This document shows, in pieces, positions 6,386 through 16,210 of a stretch of DNA of 24,558 nt. Positions within the stretch are counted from its first letter, which is position 1, and each line of letters begins with the position of its first letter. The notes below the pieces were generated by a model, which searched no databases, had not been told where the DNA came from, and worked only from the letters and a program-made list of their open reading frames with translations. The DNA is taken from the IMG/VR virus record IMGVR_UViG_3300027759_000402, positions 1 to 24,558 of that record; one strand, written 5' to 3'. The translations under genes and the position numbers were made by a program. Origin of the DNA: a virus. Its lineage: Duplodnaviria > Caudoviricetes.

Positions 6386-9300
6386 ACTGCCACCACTGTT
6401 GTAATTGAGGTTCCATCCTGCGTAACATCACGCAGTATCTTCGCAGTTTGGCGCGTGTTATTGGCAATCGCTTCTTGCCCTGCTCGAACCTCTGCTCTGA
6501 GTGCTTGAAGCTCTGCAACCAATTCCGCTGTACTCAATAGCCCTTTGCTTTGTGGGTTGCTGAATATTCTTGATGCTCCGGTGTGTTCAAGCTCTGGGCC
6601 GTTCTCACCGACAACTCGCCAACCGCCTGAGTGATAGCCGCCTGATGCGAATTGTGGCATTGGGCCGACAAGTGCGTCATTTGACGCAGGCAGATTTATG
6701 TTTGTGTCATTCAACATAAGCATTGTTTTCAGATCGACTAGCTGCATTAATTCAGCCAGTGCTTGTGGCAATCCGACTACGGCTTTGGTTGTTTTCTCAA
6801 TCGCGTCAAGTTGCTTTTGTGCCATTGATACTTGAGCATCGGCATAATCAGCCAGTTGGCTAATTGTTGATGATGTTCCTGCCTGAGCCGCAGCGTATTC
6901 GTTAAATGTCGCGTAGAGTTGCTCACTGGGTTTTGCGACATCAGCCAGTGCTTTGTCCATCCCTGCGACATTGTCGATTGCACCACCCGCTTTGGCGATC
7001 TTCAAAGCTGAATTCAGTAAAATGTTTGCATTAACCTTGTCAGCTCTTAAGCTCGCATTGGTTTCGACTTTTGTTGATGCCAGTGTTGATTTCAGTTTGT
7101 CGGATAAGCTGGTGAGCTTTGAAATTGCTGTACTTACATTCTTTGTTGACTTAGTCATTGCGGTGTTTAAGTCATCCATCGCATTTATTTGGCGCTGAGT
7201 GGCTTGCAGACTTGGCTCCATTGCATCCAATTCTTTCTGTCTTGATGCTGCTAATGCTTCGACTGTTCTTCCCTGAGTTTTCATCAGTGTAATATCTAAC
7301 GACGCTTGCTTATTGGCTGTTTCTTGATTCCAGATTAATTGTTGAGTGATTCTCAATTTCTCTGGCAGCAATAATAATTCCGCTTCGTGCGATTCGGCTA
7401 TTTTCTCGCTAAGTTTCAAGCCATCGCCTTGCGACTGGTACAGCTTGATGTTCATGTCGAGCGTATCTTTTACTAACTTTTCGTTGTAGCTGATAAATTC
7501 ATCCACTTTTGGCGCCATTTCAAGCAGTAAAGCATACTTATCGACTGCTGTTTTTTCTGCTGCGATATTTTTAGCGCCTTTCTTCCCTGCGTACTTGGTA
7601 ACATCAGTCGCTGCCGAATCCACTGCATTTCCGTAAGCGTCACGGCTGTTTAACATGCCTTTTATTTGCTCTCCATCAAATAGCTTATTTTCTTTAAATG
7701 AGCCTCTCAAGTATTTACCAGTTCGAGTTTGCTTTTCAGCGTCGGTTGTGAATTTATCAATAAACGCGGCAAAACTTGCTTGAAATTTCTCAAGTCCACC
7801 GCTTGCCTGAACTAGCGCATCAGCCATTGCGATTGCATCGGTTGCGACTTTTGGCATGGCTTTGCCTGACTGAGCGAAAGCGTCTTTTATGATTGCCTTT
7901 TCTTCTTCAATACGTACCGCTGTCTCATACATACCCTCACCAAGTTGCTGATACTTTAGCAGCGATGAAAACACAACGGCTGACACGTTATCCATCATTG
8001 ACGATATAACGGCATTGGCTTTTTCAACTGCGTCTTTGCCTGTCAATCCCATTGTGTCTATTTTTAACGCAGGGATAATTGCTGCGTTTATCTTTTTTGC
8101 AAACTCTGGACCGAGCTTGGTGCTTACTTTGTCAAACGTAGCGCCTATATTTTTAAAGACATCAGTCATCGACTTTTGCAAATCGGCAGCCATCGGGCTG
8201 AAATAGTCTGTATATTCGTAAGTTGGTTTTTCTTTTGTCCCACCTTTTTTAGCATCAGTTGCATACATAGTGCCATATACGTTAATGCCTTTTAGTAATT
8301 CGCCCAGCGTAATACTGCTTGTTTGCAAGCCACCCGCAACCATTGTATGTCCAGATTTTCCTAAGTCTGGATTGTTGACGCCTTGAATCGCCCCGAGCTG
8401 AAATTGCTTAGTCACCGCACTTAAAATGCTTCCGCTAAGTGCCTGAACGCCTTTGTTAATGCCACGTAATTCAACGTATTCATCAGCGTGGATGTTTTGC
8501 AATAAATCGTAGGTGTTCTTGATTGATTCCGATTTAGCAGTAGGGTCTCCAAGCACTGTGCCTGTTCCCATGTCGCTATTCGAGGGTGGTGGACCAGATG
8601 CCGCTCCACCGCCACCGCCACCGCTTAAACTTATCCCCGCAAATCCAAGACCTGCCATGACTGCTATCATTGCGGCTACGCCTGCAAAGCCGCCCCACCC
8701 AGATTGCCCGAACATCTTTGACGCGCCTTCGGTAACATTAACCCCTGTTTTCATCATCGACGATGCCATTTCTTTTACGTCCATTGCTAGGCGTAAGACT
8801 GATAACCCCATCTCGATATTATGAAAGGCTTTCGCTGCATTAGATTTCTTATCAAATAGGTTTGCTGCTGCTCCCGCAATCTGACTGGCTCCGGTCAGAG
8901 CCGCTTTTGTATTGTCATTATTTAACTTGGCTTCTTCTTTGGCGTAAGTCTTAAAGTTAGCGGCTTTTTTGACTGGGTCTACAGTTGATTCATTCAATTT
9001 TTTCATGGCTGCATTTTCTTCAAGCGCCTTGGTATTGGCTTCCATTGAAGTAACCATTGCATCAAATGCCCCAGCCATAGCAGTTATGCCACCCAACGCC
9101 CCATCAAATATTGCTGCTGTCACAGCACCCAAGTCTGAGGTCTTGGTATTGGCATCATCCAGCTTTTTGTTATAAGCATCCAGCGATGACGTTGCATCTT
9201 CAGTCGCTTTCTTGGCTGCCTCCGCTTGGATATTGCTGTCGTTTTGCTTAATCAGTGGCGCTGCTTGCTCTGGTGTCAGCTTTTGCTTATCGAGTGAGCT

Positions 9301-11292
9301 GGCATAATAGGCGCTTGCTGATAAAGTGAGTTGGTCGTATTTGTCTTTGAGCGAAGCCAGTTCGGTCTTTGCTGTCTCGCTGCTTTTCTTCTGAGCATCC
9401 ATAGCCTTGTTAGCATCCCACTGAGCCATTGCGAAGGCTTTTTGTGATACGCTCATTAATTTCAAAGCATCTGATTGGGCGTAATAATCACGCTCCGACA
9501 TAGTCAGTTTTTTATGCTGCTCATCAAGGCTTTTTAATTCGTCGCTGATGGTTTTTAAATTGTCTTTTCTTAATTTCTCAGCCGCTTTTTCTGCTGCTTC
9601 GTCAACGGGTGGCTTCGTAATTGTGGGTGGCTTTGGTGGTTCTGTTGGCTTGTTTTTGTTATCTGGTGCTGTGACTTTTGCGGCTTCTTTTTCTGCTGCT
9701 GTCTTGGCTTCTATGGCTGCCCGTTGACCTATCAATATCTCGAGATTTTTCTTCTCCATGTCCATCGTTTCTTTCGATGCACCTGTTCCTCCTCCGTGAG
9801 GTGCTAGGCTCTCAATTTTCGCGCTCTGTTCTTTTATTTTTAGATTTTGCTCCTCCAGCGTATTTGCCGAAGTCATAAATTCTTCGTGTGCTTTCTTCTG
9901 CTGACCTATTTTATCAATCACCATACCAATTCCAGCCGCACCGAGCGTTGCGACCAGCACCAATGGGTTTGCCTTTGCTGCCAGATTAAATGCCAGCATC
10001 GCTGTATTTGCTGCCCAGATGCCTGCTGTCAAAATAGCAATCCCGCCTGCTCCCGAAGCGACTACTTCAAGCCCACTAGCGATGTTTTTTAGGTTGGTGT
10101 ACTGCTCTTTCGTTAGGTTGTTTGAGGCGGCGAACTCTTTGCCCATGCCCTCATAGATTGCGATAACGCCAGTGACGCTGGTAATCAGCCCAGTCAATCC
10201 CTCTGTGAGTGTGTGCGAGTTGCTCTGAACATCACCGAACTGCAATGCCGCTTCTGACAATGTACCGAGCAGCGCATCCCAAGCCTTTGCGAGTCCTTGA
10301 TTTAGTATATCGCTTTGTTTTTTTGCGGATCCCGCTGCCCCTTCTAAAGCTGTCGAGAATGTATCAATTTTTCCTGCATTACTTGATAAAATCAATCCAG
10401 CCGCAGCCGCATCAGAACCAAACAGGGTGATTGCCTCCGCACCACTCAGATTGGCTTTCCTGAGTGTGTCCATAACGGGTTGCAGTCCATTAACTTGAAT
10501 ATTTAAATCAGCAAATGACAGACCATGCTGCTTTAATAGTTCCGTTTTATCTTTTGTCTCATTTCCTAGCGCAACCAGCACGGCTTTAAAGTTATTTCCC
10601 GCTTCACTTCCCTTGATTTGGTTATCTGCTAATATCCCCACCGACGCGCCCATATCCTCCAAGTTAATACCGAAGGCTTTTGCGATAGGCGCAACATTCT
10701 TCATGGCTTCACCTACTTGCTCAACATTGGTGCTAGTATCAGCCGCCACCTTCGCAAATACGTCGTTAATCCTGCCGAGGTCTGTTAGCTCAAGCCCTAA
10801 GCCCTTCATCGTGCCTGTGGATATTTCAGCGGCTTTTGCCAAGTCAAGCGCACCCGCAGCCGCCAGCTCCAAAACCTTTGGTGTTGCTGCTAAAATCTCG
10901 TTAACTTTTAAACCTGCCGAAGCCAAAACGCCTTGCGCCTCTGCTGTTTGTTGTGCGGAAAAGGCTGTCGTTGCGCCTAGCGAACGCGCTTGCTTCTCCA
11001 TTTCCTTCATTTGTGTGGCATTGGCATTGGTTAGTGCCTTGAGTGATAACAGTTTCGTTTCAAAACTGGCGACTTCTTGGATGGTTTTTGCAAACGCGAT
11101 GCCTGCTATCGCACCCGCAGCCACTTTTGCCATGCCTGCCATTGCATTGAATTGACTGCCGGCACGTTGCGACGCTCTTTCGGTTGCTGTTAATGAACGT
11201 GTCGTTCCATCACCTGCACGCTCCAACTCTTGAAGCCGTTGGCGTGCCTCTATTGAGTCAATCCGAATACCGAGTGTCGCAATGTCCATCAT
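6382..11292 (-). CDS. Tape measure protein (TP901-type core)
   Basis: 1636 aa, Ala-rich and helical. DIATLGIRIDS start, LGATTAFSAQQTAEAQ and IKGSEAG core, hydrophobic segments, C-terminal FASGG..VVGENGPELE motif; follows the tail chaperones. Confidence 0.95.
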   Translation of the reverse strand: MMDIATLGIRIDSIEARQRLQELERAGDGTTRSLTATERASQRAGSQFNAMAGMAKVAAGAIAGIAFAKTIQEVASFETKLLSLKALTNANATQMKEMEKQARSLGATTAFSAQQTAEAQGVLASAGLKVNEILAATPKVLELAAAGALDLAKAAEISTGTMKGLGLELTDLGRINDVFAKVAADTSTNVEQVGEAMKNVAPIAKAFGINLEDMGASVGILADNQIKGSEAGNNFKAVLVALGNETKDKTELLKQHGLSFADLNIQVNGLQPVMDTLRKANLSGAEAITLFGSDAAAAGLILSSNAGKIDTFSTALEGAAGSAKKQSDILNQGLAKAWDALLGTLSEAALQFGDVQSNSHTLTEGLTGLITSVTGVIAIYEGMGKEFAASNNLTKEQYTNLKNIASGLEVVASGAGGIAILTAGIWAANTAMLAFNLAAKANPLVLVATLGAAGIGMVIDKIGQQKKAHEEFMTSANTLEEQNLKIKEQSAKIESLAPHGGGTGASKETMDMEKKNLEILIGQRAAIEAKTAAEKEAAKVTAPDNKNKPTEPPKPPTITKPPVDEAAEKAAEKLRKDNLKTISDELKSLDEQHKKLTMSERDYYAQSDALKLMSVSQKAFAMAQWDANKAMDAQKKSSETAKTELASLKDKYDQLTLSASAYYASSLDKQKLTPEQAAPLIKQNDSNIQAEAAKKATEDATSSLDAYNKKLDDANTKTSDLGAVTAAIFDGALGGITAMAGAFDAMVTSMEANTKALEENAAMKKLNESTVDPVKKAANFKTYAKEEAKLNNDNTKAALTGASQIAGAAANLFDKKSNAAKAFHNIEMGLSVLRLAMDVKEMASSMMKTGVNVTEGASKMFGQSGWGGFAGVAAMIAVMAGLGFAGISLSGGGGGGAASGPPPSNSDMGTGTVLGDPTAKSESIKNTYDLLQNIHADEYVELRGINKGVQALSGSILSAVTKQFQLGAIQGVNNPDLGKSGHTMVAGGLQTSSITLGELLKGINVYGTMYATDAKKGGTKEKPTYEYTDYFSPMAADLQKSMTDVFKNIGATFDKVSTKLGPEFAKKINAAIIPALKIDTMGLTGKDAVEKANAVISSMMDNVSAVVFSSLLKYQQLGEGMYETAVRIEEEKAIIKDAFAQSGKAMPKVATDAIAMADALVQASGGLEKFQASFAAFIDKFTTDAEKQTRTGKYLRGSFKENKLFDGEQIKGMLNSRDAYGNAVDSAATDVTKYAGKKGAKNIAAEKTAVDKYALLLEMAPKVDEFISYNEKLVKDTLDMNIKLYQSQGDGLKLSEKIAESHEAELLLLPEKLRITQQLIWNQETANKQASLDITLMKTQGRTVEALAASRQKELDAMEPSLQATQRQINAMDDLNTAMTKSTKNVSTAISKLTSLSDKLKSTLASTKVETNASLRADKVNANILLNSALKIAKAGGAIDNVAGMDKALADVAKPSEQLYATFNEYAAAQAGTSSTISQLADYADAQVSMAQKQLDAIEKTTKAVVGLPQALAELMQLVDLKTMLMLNDTNINLPASNDALVGPMPQFASGGYHSGGWRVVGENGPELEHTGASRIFSNPQSKGLLSTAELVAELQALRAEVRAGQEAIANNTRQTAKILRDVTQDGTSITTVVAV

Positions 11293-11660
11293 TTTTTTGC
11301 CGCCTGTTGTTGGTAATGGTTCAAAAAAACATCGTCAAGTTGCTTGATAATATTAATTTCTTGCGCTGTAATATTTTTATTCGTTAGTCGATTCCATGCG
11401 TCCAATTCCGTGTAGCTGATTGGGTTTGCCGTGTAACCATTACTCGTTCTTGCTCTGTTTAGCTCTAAAAAATCCAGCCAGTTAAACTCAAGCGTTTCTG
11501 GAAACGGGAGCGACTCAAGTTGCTCTGGTTTTACGCCTGTTTGTCTTTCTATTGATTCAAGGTGATGACGTAAAGACACGCCATCGCCTTGTTTTGCCCC
11601 GAGCGCTAATTCGTGTTCAGCAAATAGCAATAATTCAACTATTTGCTCTTCGTAAAATTT
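11289..11660 (-). CDS. Tail assembly chaperone, -1 frameshift extension (lambda gpT-like)
   Basis: The frame is open from the slippery site (YEEQIVELLLFAEHE...). NPISYTELDAW..IKQLD motif; no convincing own RBS at TTG 11630. Confidence 0.85.
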   Translation of the reverse strand, partial: KFYEEQIVELLLFAEHELALGAKQGDGVSLRHHLESIERQTGVKPEQLESLPFPETLEFNWLDFLELNRARTSNGYTANPISYTELDAWNRLTNKNITAQEINIIKQLDDVFLNHYQQQAAKK

Positions 11661-12046
11661 GACATTAAATCCGAAGCCGCGCTGACTTGGTCGCGTATCT
11701 CTGGGTTAATACGACAAAGCGTCAATGCCATTTCTTTACTGTATTCAACGGGCTTTCCACCGTCGTTAAGACCTTTCCAGCCAGTAATGGTGACGGCTGT
11801 TAATTTCACACTAAAATCTTCGTCTTCCTCGACTTTGCGATAGTCGTCTTTACCTTTCTTTGCCAACATACGTTCACGATCACGCATGTTGTTAACCGCT
11901 TTGCGCGTCCACTCTTTGACTGTGTCCGCGTGTTTGCCAAGTACAGTGATGAAGAACCCCTCACCAATGCCGGTTGCCTCTGGGATAAATTCAAACTCAT
12001 AGCCTTGCTCTGATGTTGTGCTTAAATCTAGTGCTGATAATTCCAT
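11639..12046 (-). CDS. Tail assembly chaperone (lambda gpG-like)
   Basis: Between tail tube and tape measure genes; ITGWKG and IRDQV..SNF motifs. Start taken at ATG 12046 (MELSALDL). Confidence 0.85.
   Translation of the reverse strand: MELSALDLSTTSEQGYEFEFIPEATGIGEGFFITVLGKHADTVKEWTRKAVNNMRDRERMLAKKGKDDYRKVEEDEDFSVKLTAVTITGWKGLNDGGKPVEYSKEMALTLCRINPEIRDQVSAASDLMSNFTKSK
11654..11660 (-). other. -1 programmed ribosomal frameshift heptamer A AAT TTT
   Basis: In-frame X XXY YYZ heptamer four codons before the chaperone stop; the -1 frame joins the downstream ORF. Confidence 0.85.
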
Positions 12047-12071
12047 TTTTTGTTCTCTGTTTGTTAAAGGT

Positions 12072-12095
12072 TCGCGGCTGTATTTCAAGCCGCGA
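12072..12095 (-). terminator. Stem-loop after tail tube gene (weak terminator or mRNA-stabilising hairpin)
   Basis: TCGCGGCT-N8-AGCCGCGA perfect 8-bp inverted repeat; poor U-tract. Confidence 0.55.
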
Positions 12096-12107
12096 TAGGG
12101 TTATTGT

Positions 12108-13325
12108 TTACGCCTTTGAATCTTGGATAGTAATAATGGTTTTATCATTAGCTGACGAAGTACTACCAGCCGTATTGATACGAGCCGTGAATGGATAAGT
12201 CCGAACGATAGCCTTGTCACCATCATCTTTACCATCACCATCCAACACAATGCTTGACATGCTGAACGATACGAACTCAGATGAATCAGCGCTGGTATCT
12301 GTGACAACCGCGACTAGAGTTGTTGATGTTGCTCCATCAAAAAGAGTCGAAAGGGTTTTATCTTGATAAAAAGCCGTAAACGAACCTGATACATCAATAA
12401 CGCCTCGCTGAATATCTGGCGATACGTTTGCGCCAACAACCGCGCCTACGGTTGCCACTTTTCCGTCGATTGATATAGTGACACCCGTAAGGTTCGTTAC
12501 CGCTGTTCCATCAACGATAAGCACACCATTAATCGCAGCTAACGGACTGGTTGTGGTTTCGGCTGTTGGTGAGGTAAACGTACGTGTAGTGCTAAGGGTT
12601 CGATTTAAGCCAGCGCCTGAAATGGCAATCGTGGCGTTGCCTGTGGACGGCAAGCTGATGTCCAATTTTCCGAGCATAACGTCTGAAAACACTTCACTTT
12701 GCGTGATGTCAGACTGCCAATCTTCGACTGTATAATAGTCTTTGGTATGACCGGACTCAGGCGGAAACGCTTTTTTGCCCGGATAAGTCAACGTACAGGC
12801 TGCAATGGCGGTGGCGTTGGTCGTAATTGTTGAGTTATTAAGCGTTTTAACCGTAATGACTGTGTTAGTAATGGCTGTAATTAACAGATTTTTATCTTTT
12901 ATATCGGCTGGCAATGTTGTTCCAGCAGTTACTCTGATAACGTCACCGATTTTCCAGCCGCCCGATACCATCAAGCCTGTTCCGGTAATCGTATAAGCGC
13001 CCGCAGAACCGCCAAAGATCAGCGACAGCGAGGGTATTGCTGTGATTATGGCAAAGTCATCGCGCAAAACCGAACCCATTACTGTTGCATAAGTGCCAGC
13101 CGATAAAACGCCACTCAGTGCAACATCAACTGAACGCAAGCCGTGAGTTTTGCCGGTGCTTTGTTGGTGCGCAGCAATTTCGTTGTTGCCGTAAGTGTCT
13201 TTTTTTAAGTTGTTAGTTGATGTCTCGCGCCTTAAAGTTTGAGCTGATCCGCCCGATGCTGCTGTGCCGAGTGCGGTTTGTTTTTTAACTGTAACCGTTT
13301 TGTAAATGCCTTGAGCTATTGCCAT
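12108..13325 (-). CDS. Major tail (tube) protein
   Basis: 405 aa, Thr/Gly/Ser-rich, between tail terminator and chaperones; AGGA RBS; LRR..S..L.KD.Y..NEI N-terminal motif. Confidence 0.88.
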   Translation of the reverse strand: MAIAQGIYKTVTVKKQTALGTAASGGSAQTLRRETSTNNLKKDTYGNNEIAAHQQSTGKTHGLRSVDVALSGVLSAGTYATVMGSVLRDDFAIITAIPSLSLIFGGSAGAYTITGTGLMVSGGWKIGDVIRVTAGTTLPADIKDKNLLITAITNTVITVKTLNNSTITTNATAIAACTLTYPGKKAFPPESGHTKDYYTVEDWQSDITQSEVFSDVMLGKLDISLPSTGNATIAISGAGLNRTLSTTRTFTSPTAETTTSPLAAINGVLIVDGTAVTNLTGVTISIDGKVATVGAVVGANVSPDIQRGVIDVSGSFTAFYQDKTLSTLFDGATSTTLVAVVTDTSADSSEFVSFSMSSIVLDGDGKDDGDKAIVRTYPFTARINTAGSTSSANDKTIITIQDSKA

Positions 13326-13336
13326 TAGTTATATTC

Positions 13337-13741
13337 CTATTGTGAAATGTAAGCGTGAAAACGAATCTTGACTGGTCGGACAAACCGATCACCATCAAGG
13401 TAAGCTGGTGCGAGTTCTGGCGTTGTTGAAATAGTGACGGTAATGCCTCCATTAAACAAAGCCGTTCCTCGCTTAAAAGTGTTTCTAATTAGCTCGAAGC
13501 GCTGGTCAACTGCCCCTGCGCCTACGCTTTGTGAGTAACATAAGTCCACTTGCATATAGCCAGCTTCGGTATAACTTGCCCCGAAAACTCGATTGTCTGG
13601 TTCGGCTGTCAGCAAATTAACTCTCTGATAGGGCGTACCAACAATCGGTGTGTATGGGGTGTTTTGCCAAGCCGTTGCTAATGCTGGCGACATCCCATTC
13701 AAGGCGGTTTCTAGGGCTGCGCGGATTTTGATGATACTCAA
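13337..13741 (-). CDS. Tail terminator-like protein (DUF4128-like)
   Basis: IRAALET.L, AWQN.PYTP, G.MQVDL.Y, PVKIRF motifs; position before the tube gene. Confidence 0.8.
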   Translation of the reverse strand: MSIIKIRAALETALNGMSPALATAWQNTPYTPIVGTPYQRVNLLTAEPDNRVFGASYTEAGYMQVDLCYSQSVGAGAVDQRFELIRNTFKRGTALFNGGITVTISTTPELAPAYLDGDRFVRPVKIRFHAYISQ

Positions 13742-14160
13742 GGGTTCACCTCCGAAACAGCCTGTTGCACCAGCGCTTGGTATTCTGTAATCGTCAAACC
13801 GACCATGCCGTTAGGTGGGCATTGCGAACTGTGACCGTGTTCAAGTGCGATTGAGTAGGGCAAATTATTGACTATCCAATGCAGTTTTCCCGCTGCCTGT
13901 GGTGGCAGCAGTCCTTTAGTGTGTGCCAGTGTTCCCTGCCCCCCTTGTCCGTGTGCGCTATCGTCGTGAATATCAGTAACGCCTGTGGGCATGTCATTAA
14001 CGCCATATTGCCAGTTGCCCTTGAACCTGCCCGTATCGACTGGCGATTTCCTGATGACTGCGCGCATCACATCCAGCACTACCTTTTTCGTTACGGTGTT
14101 GACGTTAGTGCCTGCGTGGTTGATAAAGTGAGTCATATCAAGGGCGAAATTGCCAGCCAT
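13738..14160 (-). CDS. HK97 gp10-like neck/tail completion protein
   Basis: SPVDTGRFKGNW and NNLPYSIALEHGHSSQ.P.GMV motifs; TAATG overlap gives start 14160. Confidence 0.88.
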   Translation of the reverse strand: MAGNFALDMTHFINHAGTNVNTVTKKVVLDVMRAVIRKSPVDTGRFKGNWQYGVNDMPTGVTDIHDDSAHGQGGQGTLAHTKGLLPPQAAGKLHWIVNNLPYSIALEHGHSSQCPPNGMVGLTITEYQALVQQAVSEVNP

Positions 14161-14522
14161 TACGCCCCCCTCACTTGGCACTCGTACATCACGACTGTTC
14201 CTGCTGGATTAAGTGATTTAATATTTTTAATAACGAAGGTAATGCCATTTGCAATAACGGTGTCATCAATCTTGGGTGCTGTTATGCCCACAGGACTAAG
14301 CAATAATTTTTTATCGCCTTGCAAAACAAGAGTTCCATCAATCTGGTTCAAGCCGTTATATTCTTTGACGACTCCGCGCCCAATCTCTGTTGCTGTAGTT
14401 GTTGCCGCTGTTCCTGTTGCAGGGTCGTAAATGCCAGTTGCCTTATGAGTCAAAGTGACTAGCTGCCCGTATTGACTGAGCGCGTCATCGACAACCTCGA
14501 CAGCATCCGAATAAAAGCTCAC
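14160..14522 (-). CDS. Head closure / head-tail joining protein
   Basis: YGQ.VTL, GIYDPATG, IDGTLVLQGDKKLL, YECQVR motifs; synteny. Confidence 0.8.
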   Translation of the reverse strand: MSFYSDAVEVVDDALSQYGQLVTLTHKATGIYDPATGTAATTTATEIGRGVVKEYNGLNQIDGTLVLQGDKKLLLSPVGITAPKIDDTVIANGITFVIKNIKSLNPAGTVVMYECQVRGA

Positions 14523-15016
14523 CTGATGACCTTATGTACGAGCTTACTAGACAGCCCGAAATAGGGTTGCAGCAATGCCACTACCGATGGATATTGCACC
14601 GCCTGCGGGCTGTTCTTGTCAAAGTCGACCTCAATATCTCCAACCTTTGTGCTGGTCTTCTGCTGAGTCGTATCGACCAGTAAATCGCCTGCTGCGGCTC
14701 TTAACGCTAGTTCTGCACAGGCTCTGACGATAGGGGTTGGAACAATCGTTGATAAAACAAAATAACCGTTAGCCGTTACACCAACACGAGGCCAGTCCAG
14801 TGCTTGGGTGTTATTGACTCTTAGCCCTTGCCACTGTGATTTATAAGACAGCTCCATAAAGTCGGTAGCTCGTCGTAGTGCTTGCTCTTGTTGTGTTGTG
14901 GTGATGGTTGCCCATGTGCCATTACCACGCGCTGAGTGATAAGCCAACGAGTCAGCAACGCTACATAGGCTTTCGCTGGTTGAACTGGCTGTTCCGGTTT
15001 CGACAATCAAACTCAT
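14519..15016 (-). CDS. Head-tail adaptor (family often annotated DnaT-like)
   Basis: LIVETG, YHSARGN..W, ALRRATDF, QALDWPR, ACAELAL, KVGDIEV motifs; synteny. Confidence 0.82.
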   Translation of the reverse strand: MSLIVETGTASSTSESLCSVADSLAYHSARGNGTWATITTTQQEQALRRATDFMELSYKSQWQGLRVNNTQALDWPRVGVTANGYFVLSTIVPTPIVRACAELALRAAAGDLLVDTTQQKTSTKVGDIEVDFDKNSPQAVQYPSVVALLQPYFGLSSKLVHKVIR

Positions 15017-15273
15017 ACGTCAATTGCTCCGGTAAATTCTGGTAGCGTTTTTAAATAATCATAAAGCGACGATATTGCCATTCCGTCAATATATGCGACG
15101 GTGTGCCTGCTAAATAACAACGGCTGTTTGCTGCTTTCTCGTGCCTGTTGATCTTTATAAATAGCCACCGAAAAATTAACTTGTAGCTTGTCGCCATTAA
15201 ACGAAATAACTCGTGCATAGGCGGTTGGAAAATTAATATCGAACTGACTATCGAAGCTGAATTGCAATGCCAT
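15013..15273 (-). CDS. Small putative fibre assembly / chaperone-like protein
   Basis: 86 aa ending YDYLKTLPEFTGAIDV, a motif I associate with small proteins following fibre genes; coupled to both neighbours. Confidence 0.6.
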   Translation of the reverse strand: MALQFSFDSQFDINFPTAYARVISFNGDKLQVNFSVAIYKDQQARESSKQPLLFSRHTVAYIDGMAISSLYDYLKTLPEFTGAIDV

Positions 15274-15274
15274 G

Positions 15275-16210
15275 TTATGCCCCTGTTGCGTCTAAAGTTG
15301 ACAGCCAAACTAAGTTCTTGCTTGCCAATCCGGTTACATTAATCGCTAGTGTTCCCGTACTCGTAACCACTTGTATTTTGCTTGCGGGTAAATTAGCCAG
15401 TGTCAGTGTTCCAGTTCCAAATATCGGGGTGATTACTACGCCTCGTAAGACTTGATTAGTTGACATAATCGTTATGTCAAAAAGTGCCGAACCAACTGTT
15501 GTTGTGTCTCTGACTAAAATCTGACCTTTCAGGGATATAAGCGATGCAATAACGGGTATTGATGCCACGTCAAAATAAGCAGGGAACATCGACATTAATG
15601 TTGGTGTTGCGTTATCTGATGTGTCGGCTCGTAAGCAATAAACGCTGCGTTGTCCACTTTCTAGCCCCCAGTTTGCAAAAGAAACCTGAAAATCATGCGC
15701 TGATGTGACACCAGAGCCAATTGCAGTTGAACTAACTGTATTGACCGTATGATTCGCCCCTATTGCAACCGATTGAGAATTGACTATATTTTCAGCACCG
15801 ATTGCTATAGGAAACGCCCCGTACATCGTATTGTTGTTTCCAATACTCACAGCATTACTGCCGCTGCTCCCTGCTTTAACTGCGCCTACTTGAAAATTAA
15901 AGCTTCCTGCTATTTTGGTCGTTGCGCTAAAAAATCTTGCGCTACTATCAATTTCCGCGACGGTTGTGCCATTAAAACTAACGCCAATTAATGACGTTAA
16001 GCCAGTACCACTTCCGTAAATTCCCGTATTAGTTGAGCCTGAAAACGCTAGTGCAGGCGCTGCTGCTGTTCCATAGTCAATCTTAACCGCACCCGTAAAA
16101 GTTGGGTTTGCTGTTTCTGCCTTGTCTGAGTTTAAGTTTGTAAAGTTGGCATCGAGTTGCAAGATAGTTAGCGGTGATCCGTTTGCGGTACGCGTAACGA
16201 TGGTGCTCAT
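15275..16210 (-). CDS. Fibre/adhesin-like virion protein with YadA-head-like repeats
   Basis: N-terminal STIVTR..GSPLT...LDANFTNLN, GTAAAPALAF..TNTGIY fibre motif, and about 13-14-aa repeats NAVSIG / FPIAIG / QSVAIG / SSTAIG. Confidence 0.7.
   Translation of the reverse strand: MSTIVTRTANGSPLTILQLDANFTNLNSDKAETANPTFTGAVKIDYGTAAAPALAFSGSTNTGIYGSGTGLTSLIGVSFNGTTVAEIDSSARFFSATTKIAGSFNFQVGAVKAGSSGSNAVSIGNNNTMYGAFPIAIGAENIVNSQSVAIGANHTVNTVSSTAIGSGVTSAHDFQVSFANWGLESGQRSVYCLRADTSDNATPTLMSMFPAYFDVASIPVIASLISLKGQILVRDTTTVGSALFDITIMSTNQVLRGVVITPIFGTGTLTLANLPASKIQVVTSTGTLAINVTGLASKNLVWLSTLDATGA

Noticed and set aside
8580-8630. CCGCCA-type short repeats in the tape measure gene
   Set aside because: They encode an ordinary Gly/Pro linker (SGGGGGGAASGPPP).
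10613-11155. 180-aa plus-strand ORF and other antisense ORFs within the tape measure, tube, capsid and portal genes
   Set aside because: Antisense shadows of well-supported genes, with no motifs or RBS.
13879-14430. 183-aa plus-strand ORF
   Set aside because: Antisense to two conserved neck genes; no recognisable features.
14519-15016. DnaT-like replication / ssDNA-binding function
   Set aside because: Position before head closure and gp10-like genes indicates a head-tail adaptor.
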